Counted from the stretch's first letter, positions 12,900 to 25,800 are shown. The stretch: DNA of 64,000 nucleotides from Daphnia carinata (GCF_022539665.2 NC_081333.1:13020001-13084000), one strand, 5' to 3'. The notes: a model not told the origin generated them from the sequence alone. A program made the numbers and translations.

Positions 12900-15050
12900 T
12901 GTTAATCTGTATAGATGCGGAATGAACTTTCAAAAAAGCTCAAAGCCTATTTTTGACAAGCTTTAAAAAGACTAAAATTAATAATTGTTGCGCGCTTTGT
13001 CATGAATTTAAGAAGAAAGTGTAAATAGATAAAATTTGAATGCCATTATGAATCGTTTCACTCGCTCACCTCATTGAAAACCATGCAATCTGCAAATTAC
13101 CATTTGAATATCCTAGTTTCATTTCTCTTGAAATGTCAACCAAAGCAAATTGTTCGAGCATCAAAGTGAGTATTAACTGGTAGAAGCGTTCATTATGAAG
13201 AGTGGTGAAAAGGACGCTACGGATGATAGATCTATGCTTTGTCACGACTGAATAAGCCTTCACTTAAAATATTTGTTTGTAAAATTCCGAGGAAAACCCA
13301 TACCAATCAAAAAAGTTAATTCGATCCTCCACACAATCTAACAGGCGCGCACAGCTCTTTAGTTTTGTAAAATGTAAAACCTGAATACAAAAACTAACCT
13401 GGAAATGCACGACGTGTGATCTTCATCGAAGTAGGTAATCAGCTGGACACTACACACACATTTGATATTTCGACTCTCTCCGATTTACACCCGGAGTTTT
13501 GATGATTGCAGCGGGGTCACCAATGAGCTGACTTGTGGTCCATCGTAAATTGACGTGTAAACATTCCACCACTGATGGACAATCAGCTTGTGGTATGACG
13601 ATGTTTCCAGGGTTTAAACCGTTGGACGGTTTCAAAACCAAGTTTGCCAGTTACATCACCAGGACTTGCTTCATTCAGCAACAAACTAAGCAAAAAGAGA
13701 AACAAATAAAAAAAATCATCATTTAGTGAAAGAGAACGGCACTGTAACATTTAGCTCATTATTAGAGGATAACAAATACTTTGCGGGTGACTCTTTATTT
13801 CTAAAACATTCCCCATTGCAACAGCCCCATGTTGCAAGCAATATTGATCCAAAATGTCCAAGTTTCTTACGACGGCCATGAATCGTAAAATATTGAAATC
13901 GACCAGCGTGCAAGCCTAGTCGCATGATCCAGGCCTTAGATGCGACTGTATTTACCACATAAATGTAACATTTTGCTTTCGTGTCAATAGACTAGTGTTT
14001 TCTAAACAAGTTTACGTCATTGATTGTATGACAAATGTTCTTACCTGCTTTTATTTCCTGCAAAGAAAAGGTGGCAACGCTCTCACAAACTGGCGAAGAA
14101 GCAAAAGGAAAAGGTGCACGTTCATGGGACACAAATTCACTACTGCACATTGTGACACTCCACCAGACCAGAGACTAAAGCGAAAAGCACCAATGCCTAC
14201 TTTAGGCCCGGTAGACATGCTCCGTCTTTCCGGTGGTGGCGCGCGGAACGTATACCCGCCGTTTGTGGCGGGGGAGGGTGGGAGAGAAACTTTACAAGGA
14301 CACTGTAAGATCTCATTAGTGAGAATTTGGAAAATTCAAAAAGACAAAGATGATAAATAATAGACGAAAGGAATACATGGACTACAAAGAACTTCCCCCC
14401 GAGTTGAAAAGAAAACAGGCAATTTAATGTTAAAGATAATAAAACTTACCAGGTTCATTGAACTATTAGTGAGTTATTGTTCCATTGGCGGGAGAACCAC
14501 TCTCCTGTTCTATTACCTTTTGTTCCCGATCAAGCCAACATGCTCTTATTCTCCTTACCTCTAGCGCCAATGGTGAGAAGGCGGGTGTGTTATAAACATG
14601 GCGGAGTGAAACGCAAATATGTCTTTCCATTTTATTTATGCGACATTATAAATTTTCCTATTTAGTAGTACACATACTTAAACGAATTATTTCTAAAAAA
14701 CAACGACTTTTTTTTAAACATTTAGTTATAATGCATTCCAAAACGAAAATGCTCTTCCAACGGTTGTATCGATTCTTAAACGATCAATCAGCGAAATTAG
14801 TACACGTGCCCGACGAAAAGTAGGAGGAATGGTTTTCTCTGAGTGTGGGCAACGAGATTTCTGGGACAATTCGTTAAACTCTCTTCATCCCCCTTCCAAA
14901 AAAAAATTTAATTAAATTAAATATCACGTTGTGATTGTTTACATTTCGAATGTCCTTCTGCACCTGCTGCATCGGTGTGCCAGTCATAATCTGCTATCAG
15001 TTGAGTCCTACCATTTGAACAGATGAGAACTGATGGTTTATGTGATGTAG
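12900..15050. repeat. Diverged copy of the spacer downstream of the kinase-ANK genes (compare ~7050-9050 and ~25900-27750)
   Basis: Colinear shared blocks such as 'cacttaaaatatttgtttg', 'gcaagcaatattgatccaaaatgtccaagtttctta' and 'caccagaccagagactaaag'. Boundaries are approximate. Confidence 0.85.
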
Positions 15051-15071
15051 ATCAAAAAGAGTAATTAACGG

Positions 15072-15185
15072 AGTAGTGGACCACTAGCGGGCATCTTGCA
15101 CGGCGATTACTGGATTAATAATATGCTGTTCAAATACGAAGACGATGGCAAACCCAATTCTGAATCAATTGCCTTTAAAATGATT
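15072..15185 (+). pseudogene. Isolated EcKL exon-3 fragment
   Basis: Translates SSGPLAGILHGDYWINNMLFKYEDDGKPNSESIAFKMI, homologous to the catalytic segment of neighbouring EcKL genes, with no flanking exons. Confidence 0.7.
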
Positions 15186-15588
15186 TACCACGTACCATTC
15201 GAAAAAATAAAAAAAAAAATTGGTTTGTATGTTGAACTTGCATGGAATGCATTGATTTGCAAGTCATTCTGTTCTACTTTCGATCGTGCTCGAGCATTCG
15301 GAGAGATAAGAAACCAACGAACAAGTTGGGATACACCAACAACGTTGTTCGATAGATAATGTCCGTGTATGTGGTCAGCATTTCTGTTTCACTGACGTAC
15401 TAGGATCATTCCGGACAACACATCGAGCAGCGCAGAATCAATAACATCTTTAACTTCCCAATTGATAATAGTTCCAGCTTTACATTTTCTTGTAAGCCAT
15501 TTCATGTTCAGTACAGTTTTTCTCTAATATGATTCGCTCAATTAAGAGCAGTTACATTAGGTGACAATTATTTCTAATTAGGTTAAAA

Positions 15589-17280
15589 ATGAATGGAAAA
15601 AGCAAGTGTCTGAGTGATCGACAGCATTTTTGGAAAGTACTTTTTGAAACCAAAAAATTGGCTGCCCAGCTAGCCTCCTTGGCGACGGATCACATTGATG
15701 GCGTCACCTACGATGACATACCCCAGTACGGAAAAGTGCACGTCGTGGCTCAATCTGGTTCAAATTTAGGTGACAATTTCCAGAGCGATACGTTCATTGT
15801 AACTGCCCGGCTATTGCAAGGCCAACACGAAGAGCCAATCGACGTCTTGAGTACTTTCATTAAGGTATTTATTTCCCTATTCACTTCTAACGAGTTTGAA
15901 ACTGTTCAACGTTCAACAGGTGCTGCCATCTAATTTCTTGCTTCGTAAATCGGCTTACGAGTCTCGCGTTCATCACCGTGAGATCAACATGTACCACCAC
16001 ATCTTCGCTCTTCTACGAGAACTGCATGCCGATCAGCCGATTCCATTAGATGTTCCAGACTGTTACTACACCCATCTGGAACAGGTTGTCAAGGGCGAGA
16101 CGGACGGATCGGGTACTTGCATTTTACTGGAGGATCTCAAATCAGAGAATTATCGTATGGCGGATAAAATACGAGGTGCCGATTATCGCCACTGTCACAT
16201 GGCATTGACGTCATTGGCTCATTATCACGCCTTGACTCTGAACGCTGTGAGAAAATGGAAAGATCCGTCAACAGGAGGATTGTCCAATATGCCACCTGTG
16301 GCGAAATTCATTTTGGAAGAGAAATCCATGTATGACGTAGGAATCATTAAAATCCTTCAAGACTTTTCCATCTCGATCGTCAATTTCGCCAAAGAAATAG
16401 ACAGACCTGGTGTGAGTATGCTGTGAAGTATTCTTGCAATACCTAATGGGCACGAACGCTTTCAATAGCTTTAGGCTTTCCGTTCAAATTCATTGATTAA
16501 CAATCATTACCAGGTAGTTGAATGGTTGTCAGACATACAGCAGCGAATGCCAGAAATCGTTTTAGTCGACAATCTGGAGAGCAGCGGTCCATTGGCTTGC
16601 ATTCTTCATGGGGATTTCTGGAACAACAATATGCTGTTCAAATACGCAGAGCAGTCGGATCGCCCTGAAGATGGAAATAGCGAGAATGCACCAGCAGACA
16701 TTCCTGTTTCACTGAGAATGCTCGATTTTCAACTATCGAGGATCGGCCACCCACTCAGCGACGTCCTTTACTTCATGTACACGAGTACAATGCCGGAGTT
16801 GAGAGAACGTTACATGCTCGTATTACTTCGTTATTATTTTGATACGTTGACGACCGATCTGAGGTTGCTCGGCATTTCGTTGGACAACTACAGCTGGCAA
16901 CACTTTTTGGAGGATTACAAGAAAAGGTCGTTAATGTGGATGTTGATAGGCGTCATGATCGTTTCCATGACCCAAAATAAGAAGGTTGTGACCAGTTTAC
17001 AAGATATGGATGCAGACGAGCAACTAAAAGAGCCCAAACCAGGTGAAAGTTGATTTCCGTTTGGGTATCAGTGCTTTTTAATCGTCTTCATTGTGTTGTT
17101 GGCCTTTTAGTGAACGAAGAGATGGATGTGGAGCCAGTTAAGGGCGAAAGTGGAATGAGCCTCGAAATGGAGGAAACTTACAAGAACATGATGGCGACGT
17201 ATGTACTGAGTGATAGTCCGGCTCTGTCCGATCGAATTCTTAAACTGATCCTGGAGGCTATGGCCTTAAATTGCTCTTAA
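15589..17280 (+). CDS. EcKL protein, copy 3; 4 exons
   Basis: Exons 15589-15864, 15920-16411, 16514-17042 and 17111-17280 join in frame. Contains HGDFWNNNMLF and LDFQ. Confidence 0.88.
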
Positions 17281-17938
17281 ACTGTAGTACCTTAAATTGT
17301 TCATCTTTTCCCGTATCTTCAAGGTTTTCCACCATTTTGCATATTAAAGGTTTGAATAAGATGTGCTAATTGTAGACACACTTCGCAACATAGTAAAAGA
17401 CAAAACGAATACAAGATGGCGTTCTATGTATTTTGTTGCTGCATCAAATAGGTTGACGTAATCACGTATGTTTGATTAGATTCAATAAATGTGATTTACT
17501 GCCTGTTGGTTGGCTGATAACTGTACTTGTTGCACTACTGGCACTGCAGCACAATCAGCGAGTTTGCGTAACACCAGGTCGTTAAGGCGAGATGATAACG
17601 ATTCTCTTACACGCATACCAGATACTACAAAGCAAGGAGTAATACAGAGCGATCGGGTAATCAGACTTTTGCCAATGCGGTGTTGCCATGTGGCATTTAT
17701 TAGAATAAAAATGATTGGAAAATGGCGAAATTTCATGCAAAATATCATTATTTCACAAGGCAATTTATCGATTCGAAATCGATTTTTTAAAATTATTATT
17801 ATACATCTTCTTTCTCTTCAGTGTTCTCTTTAGAGCCAAGGAAGGTATCATTTCCTTCAGAATTTTTTGTTCATCTTTTCTTGGCTCACTGATTTGAAGA
17901 AATAACCCAAATTACATTTATTTGAAATACAATTTTGA

Positions 17939-19303
17939 ATCACCTTGTTGTGCAATCGGCAGGGAGTAACCTTACCAAGCGCATAAAAACTAGCTGATAT
18001 GCCCAAGCTTATTTTGAAACAAAACAAACAAATGTGCGGAAAGCAAGTCAAAACCAAAAAGATATTCTATTATCTGGCTGCATTTGAGTTGAGGTAAACA
18101 GCTTATCAATAAAAACTGCTGAACGTGCACTAAAATTGACGAAACAATGCGTCGTAACTCAAAGCAGCGTCAAATTTGTTTGCTTCAGCTAAAAACAACT
18201 CTCCCTGTGAGATGAAGAAAGTGAGATAAATCGCTTTCTGATATTTAAAATTTAGTAATATTGGTCATTATGGCCAATAAGCTGGAAAATGCGAGAATAG
18301 AGTAAGCATTAAAGGTCGATGATTTTGAATGAGCTAACACTGCTATACCTGAATGTCATCACTAATAAATTGTATTCAATTCGAATGCGGCCGAAAAGAA
18401 GAATTGAATGACGTTTGCAAGAGAATTTTTTTTTATTAGCGACTTCACCGGTGCCCCGCCTTGAATGACATCTTTAATAAACTTGCCGCGCTAGTTGTTC
18501 TCGATCTTCAACAGCTGTGTCTAAGGTAATCAGTTTTATTTGTACCGCATAGAAAGAGAGGGCAGACTGATGTTCACTTGTGCCAAGCCGATGGTACAAT
18601 TTGTACGCGGCTTTTAGTACGCATATTTTTAACGGGTTCAGCTAAACATTCGTAATTTTAAATTGTTTGGTTGTTTTACCTTCTAACTGACCCCGCTAAC
18701 AGCGCCAATAAATATAATTTAATAAATATAATTGTCGTCATAGAAATGACGTACTATATATTCATAATATATTTAGATGAAAAGAAAAGAAGGGGGCAAG
18801 GCTTCAGAAAGATAATGAGAAATAATGCGATAAGGCATACGTGTCGAAAGCGAACAGTGCAGGGCGCGATTAGTAAATCTCTATGATAAAACATTTTATA
18901 CGCAGCAACCATTGAAAGAAACTATTGGAAAGGCACTATGAGCAAATTATTAATTCGATGCAACTCATTTGACAAGCTCTCGTCAACGAGAAAAAAAGTC
19001 TCGTTAAAATAATGTGATGTGTAATTTTAAGGAGCAAATGAAAAAAACGTTATTGACATTTCACACGGATCAACAGGTATAGACAACGCGATAACAAATT
19101 ATTATCTGCATTGTACTCGTAAGCTATATTTTGTGCTTTACAGGTAAACTGATAAATTCAAAACGATTTCGGATTGCAAGTGAAGGTTCTTCAGTGCAAA
19201 CGGTATTTCCCAATAGAAGCTCGTACAAGTTCTTGTCTCGCTAGCCTCGAGTGCCTAAAAGCCTGAAATGTCATCGACTACTGCCGTAAATGTAGATGGC
19301 ATC
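17939..19303. repeat. Near-identical duplicate of the kinase-ANK upstream region and first 12 codons (~2414-3793)
   Basis: Colinear, with few differences, from 'atcaccttgt' to 'gtagatggcatc'. Confidence 0.9.
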
Positions 19304-22300
19304 GAATTTGATCGCAATGATCTTTTGGGTATTGGTGGCTTCGGTTCAGTGCATCGAGGTAAACATAAAGGTCAAAGTGTAGCAATCAAAAGAATTCTGA
19401 AGCTAAATAACAAAGATCAAGTAGTTAACGACGAGTTAAAAATTCTGCAGCAGTTAGATCATCCCAATATTGTTAAATTTGTGCACTTCGCAAGGGATGA
19501 TAACTTCAAGTAAGATTGTTACGTGATAACTATGAATTAAAAAGAGATGCTCTATATGATTTCTGTTATTCAGTTACATTGCTTTGGAATTGTGCGACGC
19601 ATCATTAGATCGGGTATTCCTAAAAGAGGACGATCGTCGGAAATACAAAGGACCTGCATTACCAAATAATTTCGAAATTTTCTACCAGTTAGCCACTGGT
19701 CTCAAATACATTCATTCACAGAACCTAATCCATCGGGACATTAAACCGGAAAACATTCTCATTTCTGTGAAACATACTGATCAAGGTGAAGAGATAAAGA
19801 TCAAGTGGGCTGATTTTGGATTGTCAAGAGCAGTGAATGACAGAGGAACTTTCACAATGAGTGGAATCAGAGGGACTTTTCTTTGGTTTTCTCCCGAAAT
19901 TATGGAAATTATGGGAAACGGCCTGCGCATTGAAGAAACTAGAGGCTCTATCAAAAGCGACGTATTCGCAGAAGGCCTCGTCTTTGGTTACATTCTCTTA
20001 AAAGGAAAACATATCTACGGCGAAAATGCTTTAGAAATTGCGAACAACATCCTGAAAAACGAATCAGTCAATATGAGTGGTAAGTAACCTCTTGAGACAA
20101 GTTCGTATAACTTAAGCATAATATAAAATGTTTAAAACTTTTTAAATATAGAAATTCACAAAAACCATTTAGCACGTAACTTAATAGAACAAATGCTGAT
20201 CAACACATCTGATACAAGAATTACATCTGAACAAGTTGTTAACCAGCTTGCTGACATAAAAATCAAAGTAATAAAACCTCACAAGTTTAACACCTTCATT
20301 GTTATTGAAATTTGGGTTCTCTAACAATGGTTTCTCATTTAGCTCATCGAAAAAGAAAAACACCTGCAACTGCTGTGTAAACATCACACAACAGTTTTTG
20401 GGAATAAAATCAAAAATTTAATCCAACTCGGTGTCGACTTAAACTCAAAGAATGGCGATGAATGGAATGCGCTTCATTTTTTGTGTCGATACAATTCAAG
20501 CCCACACTTAATGGATGCGATTAAAATCTTGATCGATCTCGGCATTGACAAAAACGCAAAAACCAACCATGGATCGAATGCGCTTCATTATTTGTGTGAA
20601 AACAGTTCAAGCTCACACTTAATCGATGCAATTAAACTCTTGATCAAACTCGGCATCGATAAAAACGCAAAAACCAACGATGGATCGAATGCGCTTCTTC
20701 TTTTGTGTCGAAACAGTTCAAGCCCACACTTCATCGATGCAATTAAACTCTTGATCGAACTCGGCATTGACAAAAACGCAAAAACCAACCATGGATCGAA
20801 TGCGCTTCATTATTTGTGTTGTAACAATTCAAGCCCACACTTAATCGATACAATTAAACTCTTGATCGAACTCGGCATCGACAAAAAAGCAAAGGACAAC
20901 GTTGGATGGAATGCGCTTCATCTGTTATGTCGATTCAATTCAAGCCAACACTTAATCCATGCAATTAAACTCTTGATCGAACTCGGCATCGACAAGGACG
21001 CAAAGTCAAACAAGGGACAGAATGCGCTTCATCTTTTGTGTCGATACAGTTCAAGCCCACACTTCATCGATGCAATTAAACTCTTGATCGAACTCGGCAT
21101 CGACAAAAACGCAAAGGACAACGATGGATGTAATGCGCTTCATCTTTTGTGTCGATACAATTCAAGCCAACACTTAAGCGATGCAATTAAACTCTTGATC
21201 GATCTCGGCATCGACAAAAACGCAAAAACCAACGATGGATCGAATGCGCTTCATTATTTGTGTGAAAACAGTTCAAGCTCACACTTAATCGATGCAATTA
21301 AACTCTTGATCAAACTCGGCATCGACAAAAACGCAAAGGACAACTATGGATCTAATGCGCTTCATTATTTGTGTCGAAACAATTCAAGCCCACACTTAAT
21401 CGATGCAATTAAACTCTTGATTAAACTCGGCAGCGACAAAAACGCAAAAACCAACGATGGATCCAATGCGCTTCATTATTTGTGTTGTAACAATTCAAGC
21501 CCACACTTAATCGATACGATTAAACTCTTGATCGAACTCGGCTTCGACAAAAACGCAAAAAACAACCATGGATCGAATGCGCTTCATCTTTTGTGTCGAA
21601 ACTGTTCAAGCCCACACTTAATCGATGTGATTAAATTTTTGATTGAACTCGGCATTGACAAAAACGCAAAGGACAACCATGGATACAATGCGCTTCATGA
21701 CTTGTGTCGACACAATTCAAGCCCACACTTAATCTATGCGATTAAATTTTTGATTGAACTCGGCATCGACAAAAACGCAAAATCCAACGATGGAATGAAT
21801 GCGCTTCATTATTTGTGTTGGAACAATTCAAGCCCACACTTAATCGATGCGATTAAATTTTTGATTGAACTCGGCATCGACAGAAACGCAAAATCCAACG
21901 ATGGATGTAATGCGCTTCATCTTTTGTGTTGGAACAATTCAAGCTCACACTTAATCGATGCGATTAAAATCTTGATCGAACACGACATAGACAAAAACGC
22001 AAAATCCAACGATGGATGGAATGCGCTTCATCTTTTGTGTCGATACAATTCCAGCCCACACTTAATCGATGCAATTAAACTCTTGATCAAAATCGGCATC
22101 GACAAAAACGCAAAGGACAACGATGGAAGGAATGCGCTTCATCGTTTGTGTTGCAACAAGTCAATCCCACACTTAATCGATGCGATTAAATTTTTGATTG
22201 AACTCGGCATCGACAAAAACGCAAAAGCCAACAATGGATGGAATGCGCTTCATTATTTGTGTTGGAACAATTCAAGCCCACACTTAATCGATGCGATTAA

Positions 22301-24317
22301 ATTTTTGATTGAACTCGGCATCGACAAGGATGCAAAGGACAACGATGGATCGAATGCGCTTCATCTTTTGTGTTGGAACAATTCAAGCTCACACTTAATC
22401 GATGCAATTAAACTCTTGATCAAAATCGGCATCGACAAAAACGCAAAGGACAACGATGGAAGGAATGCGCTTCATTATTTGTGTTGGAACAATTCAAGCC
22501 CACACTTAATCGATGCGATTAAATTTTTGATTGAACTCGGCATCGACAAGGATGCAAAGGACAACGATGGATCGAATGCGCTTCATCTTTTGTGTTGGAA
22601 CAATTCAAGCTCACACTTAATCGATGCAATTAAACTCTTGATCAAAATCGGCATCGACAAAAACGCAAAGGACAACGATGGAAGGAATGCGCTTCATCGT
22701 TTGTGTTGCAACAAGTCAATCCCACACTTAATCGATGCGATTAAATTTTTGATTGAACTCGGCATCGACAAAAACGCAAAAGCCAACAATGGATGGAATG
22801 CGCTTCATTATTTGTGTTGGAACAATTCAAGCCCACACTTAATCGATGCGATTAAATTTTTGATTGAACTCGGCATCGACAAGGATGCAAAGGACAACGA
22901 TGGATCGAATGCGCTTCATCTTTTGTGTTGGAACAATTCAAGCTCACACTTAATCGATGCAATTAAACTCTTGATCAAAATCGGCATCGACAAAAACGCA
23001 AAGGACAACGATGGAAGGAATGCGCTTCATTATTTGTGTTGGAACAATTCAAGCCCACACTTAATCGATGCGATTAAATTTTTGATTGAACTCGGCATCG
23101 ACAAGGATGCAAAGGACAACGATGGATCGAATGCGCTTCCTCTTTTGTGTTGGAACAATTCAAGCTCACACTTAATCGATGCAATTAAACTCTTGATCAA
23201 AATCGGCATCGACAAAAACGCAAAGGACAACGATGGAAGGAATGCGCTTCATCGTTTGTGTTGCAACAAGTCAATCCCACACTTAATCGATGCGATTAAA
23301 TTTTTGATTGAACTCGGCATCGACAAAAACGCAAAAGCCAACAATGGATGGAATGCGCTTCATTATTTGTGTTGGAACAATTCAAGCCCACACTTAATCG
23401 ATGCGATTAAATTTTTGATTGAACTCGGCATCGACAAAAACGCAAAAGCCAACAATGGAAGGAATGCGCTTCATTATTTGTGTTGGAACAATTCAAGCCC
23501 ACACTTAATCGATGCGATTAAATTTTTGATTGAACTCGGCATCGACAAGGATGCAAAGGACAACGATGGATCGAATGCGCTTCATCTTTTGTGTTGGAAC
23601 AATTCAAGCTCACACTTAATCGATGCAATTAAACTCTTGATCAAAATCGGCATCGACAAAAACGCAAAGGACAACGATGGAAGGAATGCGCTTCATCGTT
23701 TGTGATGCAAAAAGAAAATCACACACTTAATCGATGCGATTAAATTTTTGATTGAACTCGGCATCGACAAAAACGCAAAAGCCAACAATGGATGGAATGC
23801 GCTTCATTATTTGTGTTGGAACAATTCAAGCCCACACTTAATCGATGCGATTAAATTTTTGATTGAACTCGGCATCGACAAAAACGCAAAAGCCAACAAT
23901 GGAAGGAATGCGCTTCATTATTTGTGTTGGAACAATTCAAGCCCACACTTAATCGATGCGATTAAATTTTTGATTGAACTCGGCATCGACAAGGATGCAA
24001 AGGACAACGATGGATCGAATGCGCTTCATCTTTTGTGTTGGAACAATTCAAGGCCACACTTAATCGAGGCGATTAAACTCTTGATCGAACTCGGCATCGA
24101 CAGGGACGCAAAGGATTACTTTGGATGGAATGCGCTTCATTATTTGTGTGAATACAATTCAAGCCCACACTTAATCGACGCGATTAAAGTTTTGATTGAA
24201 CTCGGCATCGACAAAAACGCAAAGACCTACTTTACTAGATGGAATGCACTCGGCTTGTGTCGGCGTAATATAAATCTTGCAAATTGCAACGTGAACGAAA
24301 TCTTTAAAACCGTATGA
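19268..24317 (+). CDS. IRE1-like kinase fused to 34 ankyrin repeats of 37 aa plus cap (kinase-ANK copy 3); one in-frame TGA at 23703-23705
   Basis: Exons 19268-19509, 19574-20079, 20152-20267 and 20343-24317. Motifs GIGGFGSV, AIK, HRDIKPEN, DFG and SPE. The ORFs before and after the TGA are in the same frame. Confidence 0.82.
20466..24242 (+). repeat. Coding tandem repeat, 34 x 111 bp ankyrin units with higher-order 555-bp and 444-bp blocks
   Basis: First NALH at 20466 and cap NALG at 24243; the 3777-bp difference equals 34 x 111 + 3. Confidence 0.95.
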
Positions 24318-24653
24318 ATTTTAAAAAATGTTAAGGCTGTTCAGAAGAAGAACATACTAAAATAAATTCAAACAAAATTCCCCAGTATGTTGCAAGAAAT
24401 GGGATTCTCGGAAAAATACATCCAAGGAAAACAAATTGATCTTTCTTTTAGTAATCACGTCCTTGCTAAGGAAACAACTAGTTCTTCCGGTCCAAGAAAA
24501 CATATTAGGCGCGCAAAATTACCGAGGAAGGCAGACTTTACAGGGAGGATAAGCGTCAAACTTCAACATCAAACATAATTCTAATTCAAATTTGTCAAAG
24601 TAAAATTAGGTGTTTCAAAGGAAACCGACTCTACTTTGTTTTTAATTTAATTA

Positions 24654-25800
24654 GGGGAGGTAGGGCGTGGTTGGAACACAAAACTTATTTTTGTTCCGTA
24701 CGTTTACAAAAATCGTCCAAGTAAACTAAAAAATATATAGATTTGTAGCCAATTATCTCAGCTACATAACCGTATTTTTTTTGGGTGGGTTCGGCAAAGA
24801 TTAATATCTGCTATGCGTAAAAAACTGGAGGTACCCCAAGTTGTTTCAATTGCCAATTCTACTCGGCAATTGAAACAGGGCGTCTGGGCAATTGAAACGT
24901 GGGTTTTCCCATAAGAGAGCTCCCGGTTTTATGAAGAAACTAAAATGACGATATCTTAGAATCTGGGATACGTATTTTGATGATTTTTTTACAACAATAT
25001 AGAGAATTTTAATCTTTACTTTTTAAGATATTTTATAACTTTCTATACTAACTAAATATTATTTAATGAATTTTAGTAGTTTTCTGAATTAAGTTCGGAA
25101 AACCGTTAGTAATCAAAAGAACGGTTAATAGTATGGAGATAAAATTTTTATAATCGAATATTGCATGTCCAGCCTTACATCATAATTGTTGTTAATGTCC
25201 TTAATTTAATTTTTTAAATTTAATTTCTTTCGTCAACGTTGTAAATAAAAGCACAAACATTGTGGCAGACGATAAATGCCAGCCACCCAGCAGACGAAAT
25301 AAAACACAAAAATAAACAATAATTGAAAAAAGAGCTCTGCTAATACGCTGCGTAGGGAACACTGTTGCCAGACTATAGTATAGGAGACGCGCATACGGAA
25401 GGGTCGCAATTGGAACAAGGTGTTCCAACTGCTCCGACCATGGGTCTTCAAGGAGTTTTAATGTTTATGGGGGATAAAATTTAGCTAGGAAAAAGTTAAT
25501 GTGATCAATTTATAGCTTAAAGAATGACGAATGATTGGAGACCTTTTTTAATGATTTTCTCCATCGTTTTCGGTATGAAAACGAAAAAATTGTCTGCAAA
25601 AAAACGACAAATGGGCAGTCAAAAAACAATTTTCTGGGATAATTCGAAAACTTTTGGATTCTAAAGCCTCCAATTTTTTCTAAAAATGTAGAACCCTAAT
25701 TTCCGTTAGTTCAAATTTTTTAAACAAAATCTCTTACATACTTTAAGTAGTAGAATTTTTGTTTCAATTGCCGCGTGTTCCAATTGCGCCCTACCTCCTC
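24654..25800. mobile_element. Non-autonomous TIR DNA transposon (MITE-like), 1147 bp, TA target-site duplication
   Basis: 26-bp imperfect TIRs (22/26 match): ggggaggtagggcgtggttggaacac and gtgttccaattgcgccctacctcctc. TA lies on both sides (24652-3 and 25801-2). The paralogous site at ~6950 is empty with a single TA. No transposase ORF. Confidence 0.9.

Noticed and set aside
20466..24242. CRISPR-like look of constant blocks alternating with variable blocks
   Set aside because: The unit is an in-frame 111-bp coding ankyrin repeat in a spliced eukaryotic gene. There are no unique spacers and no cas genes.
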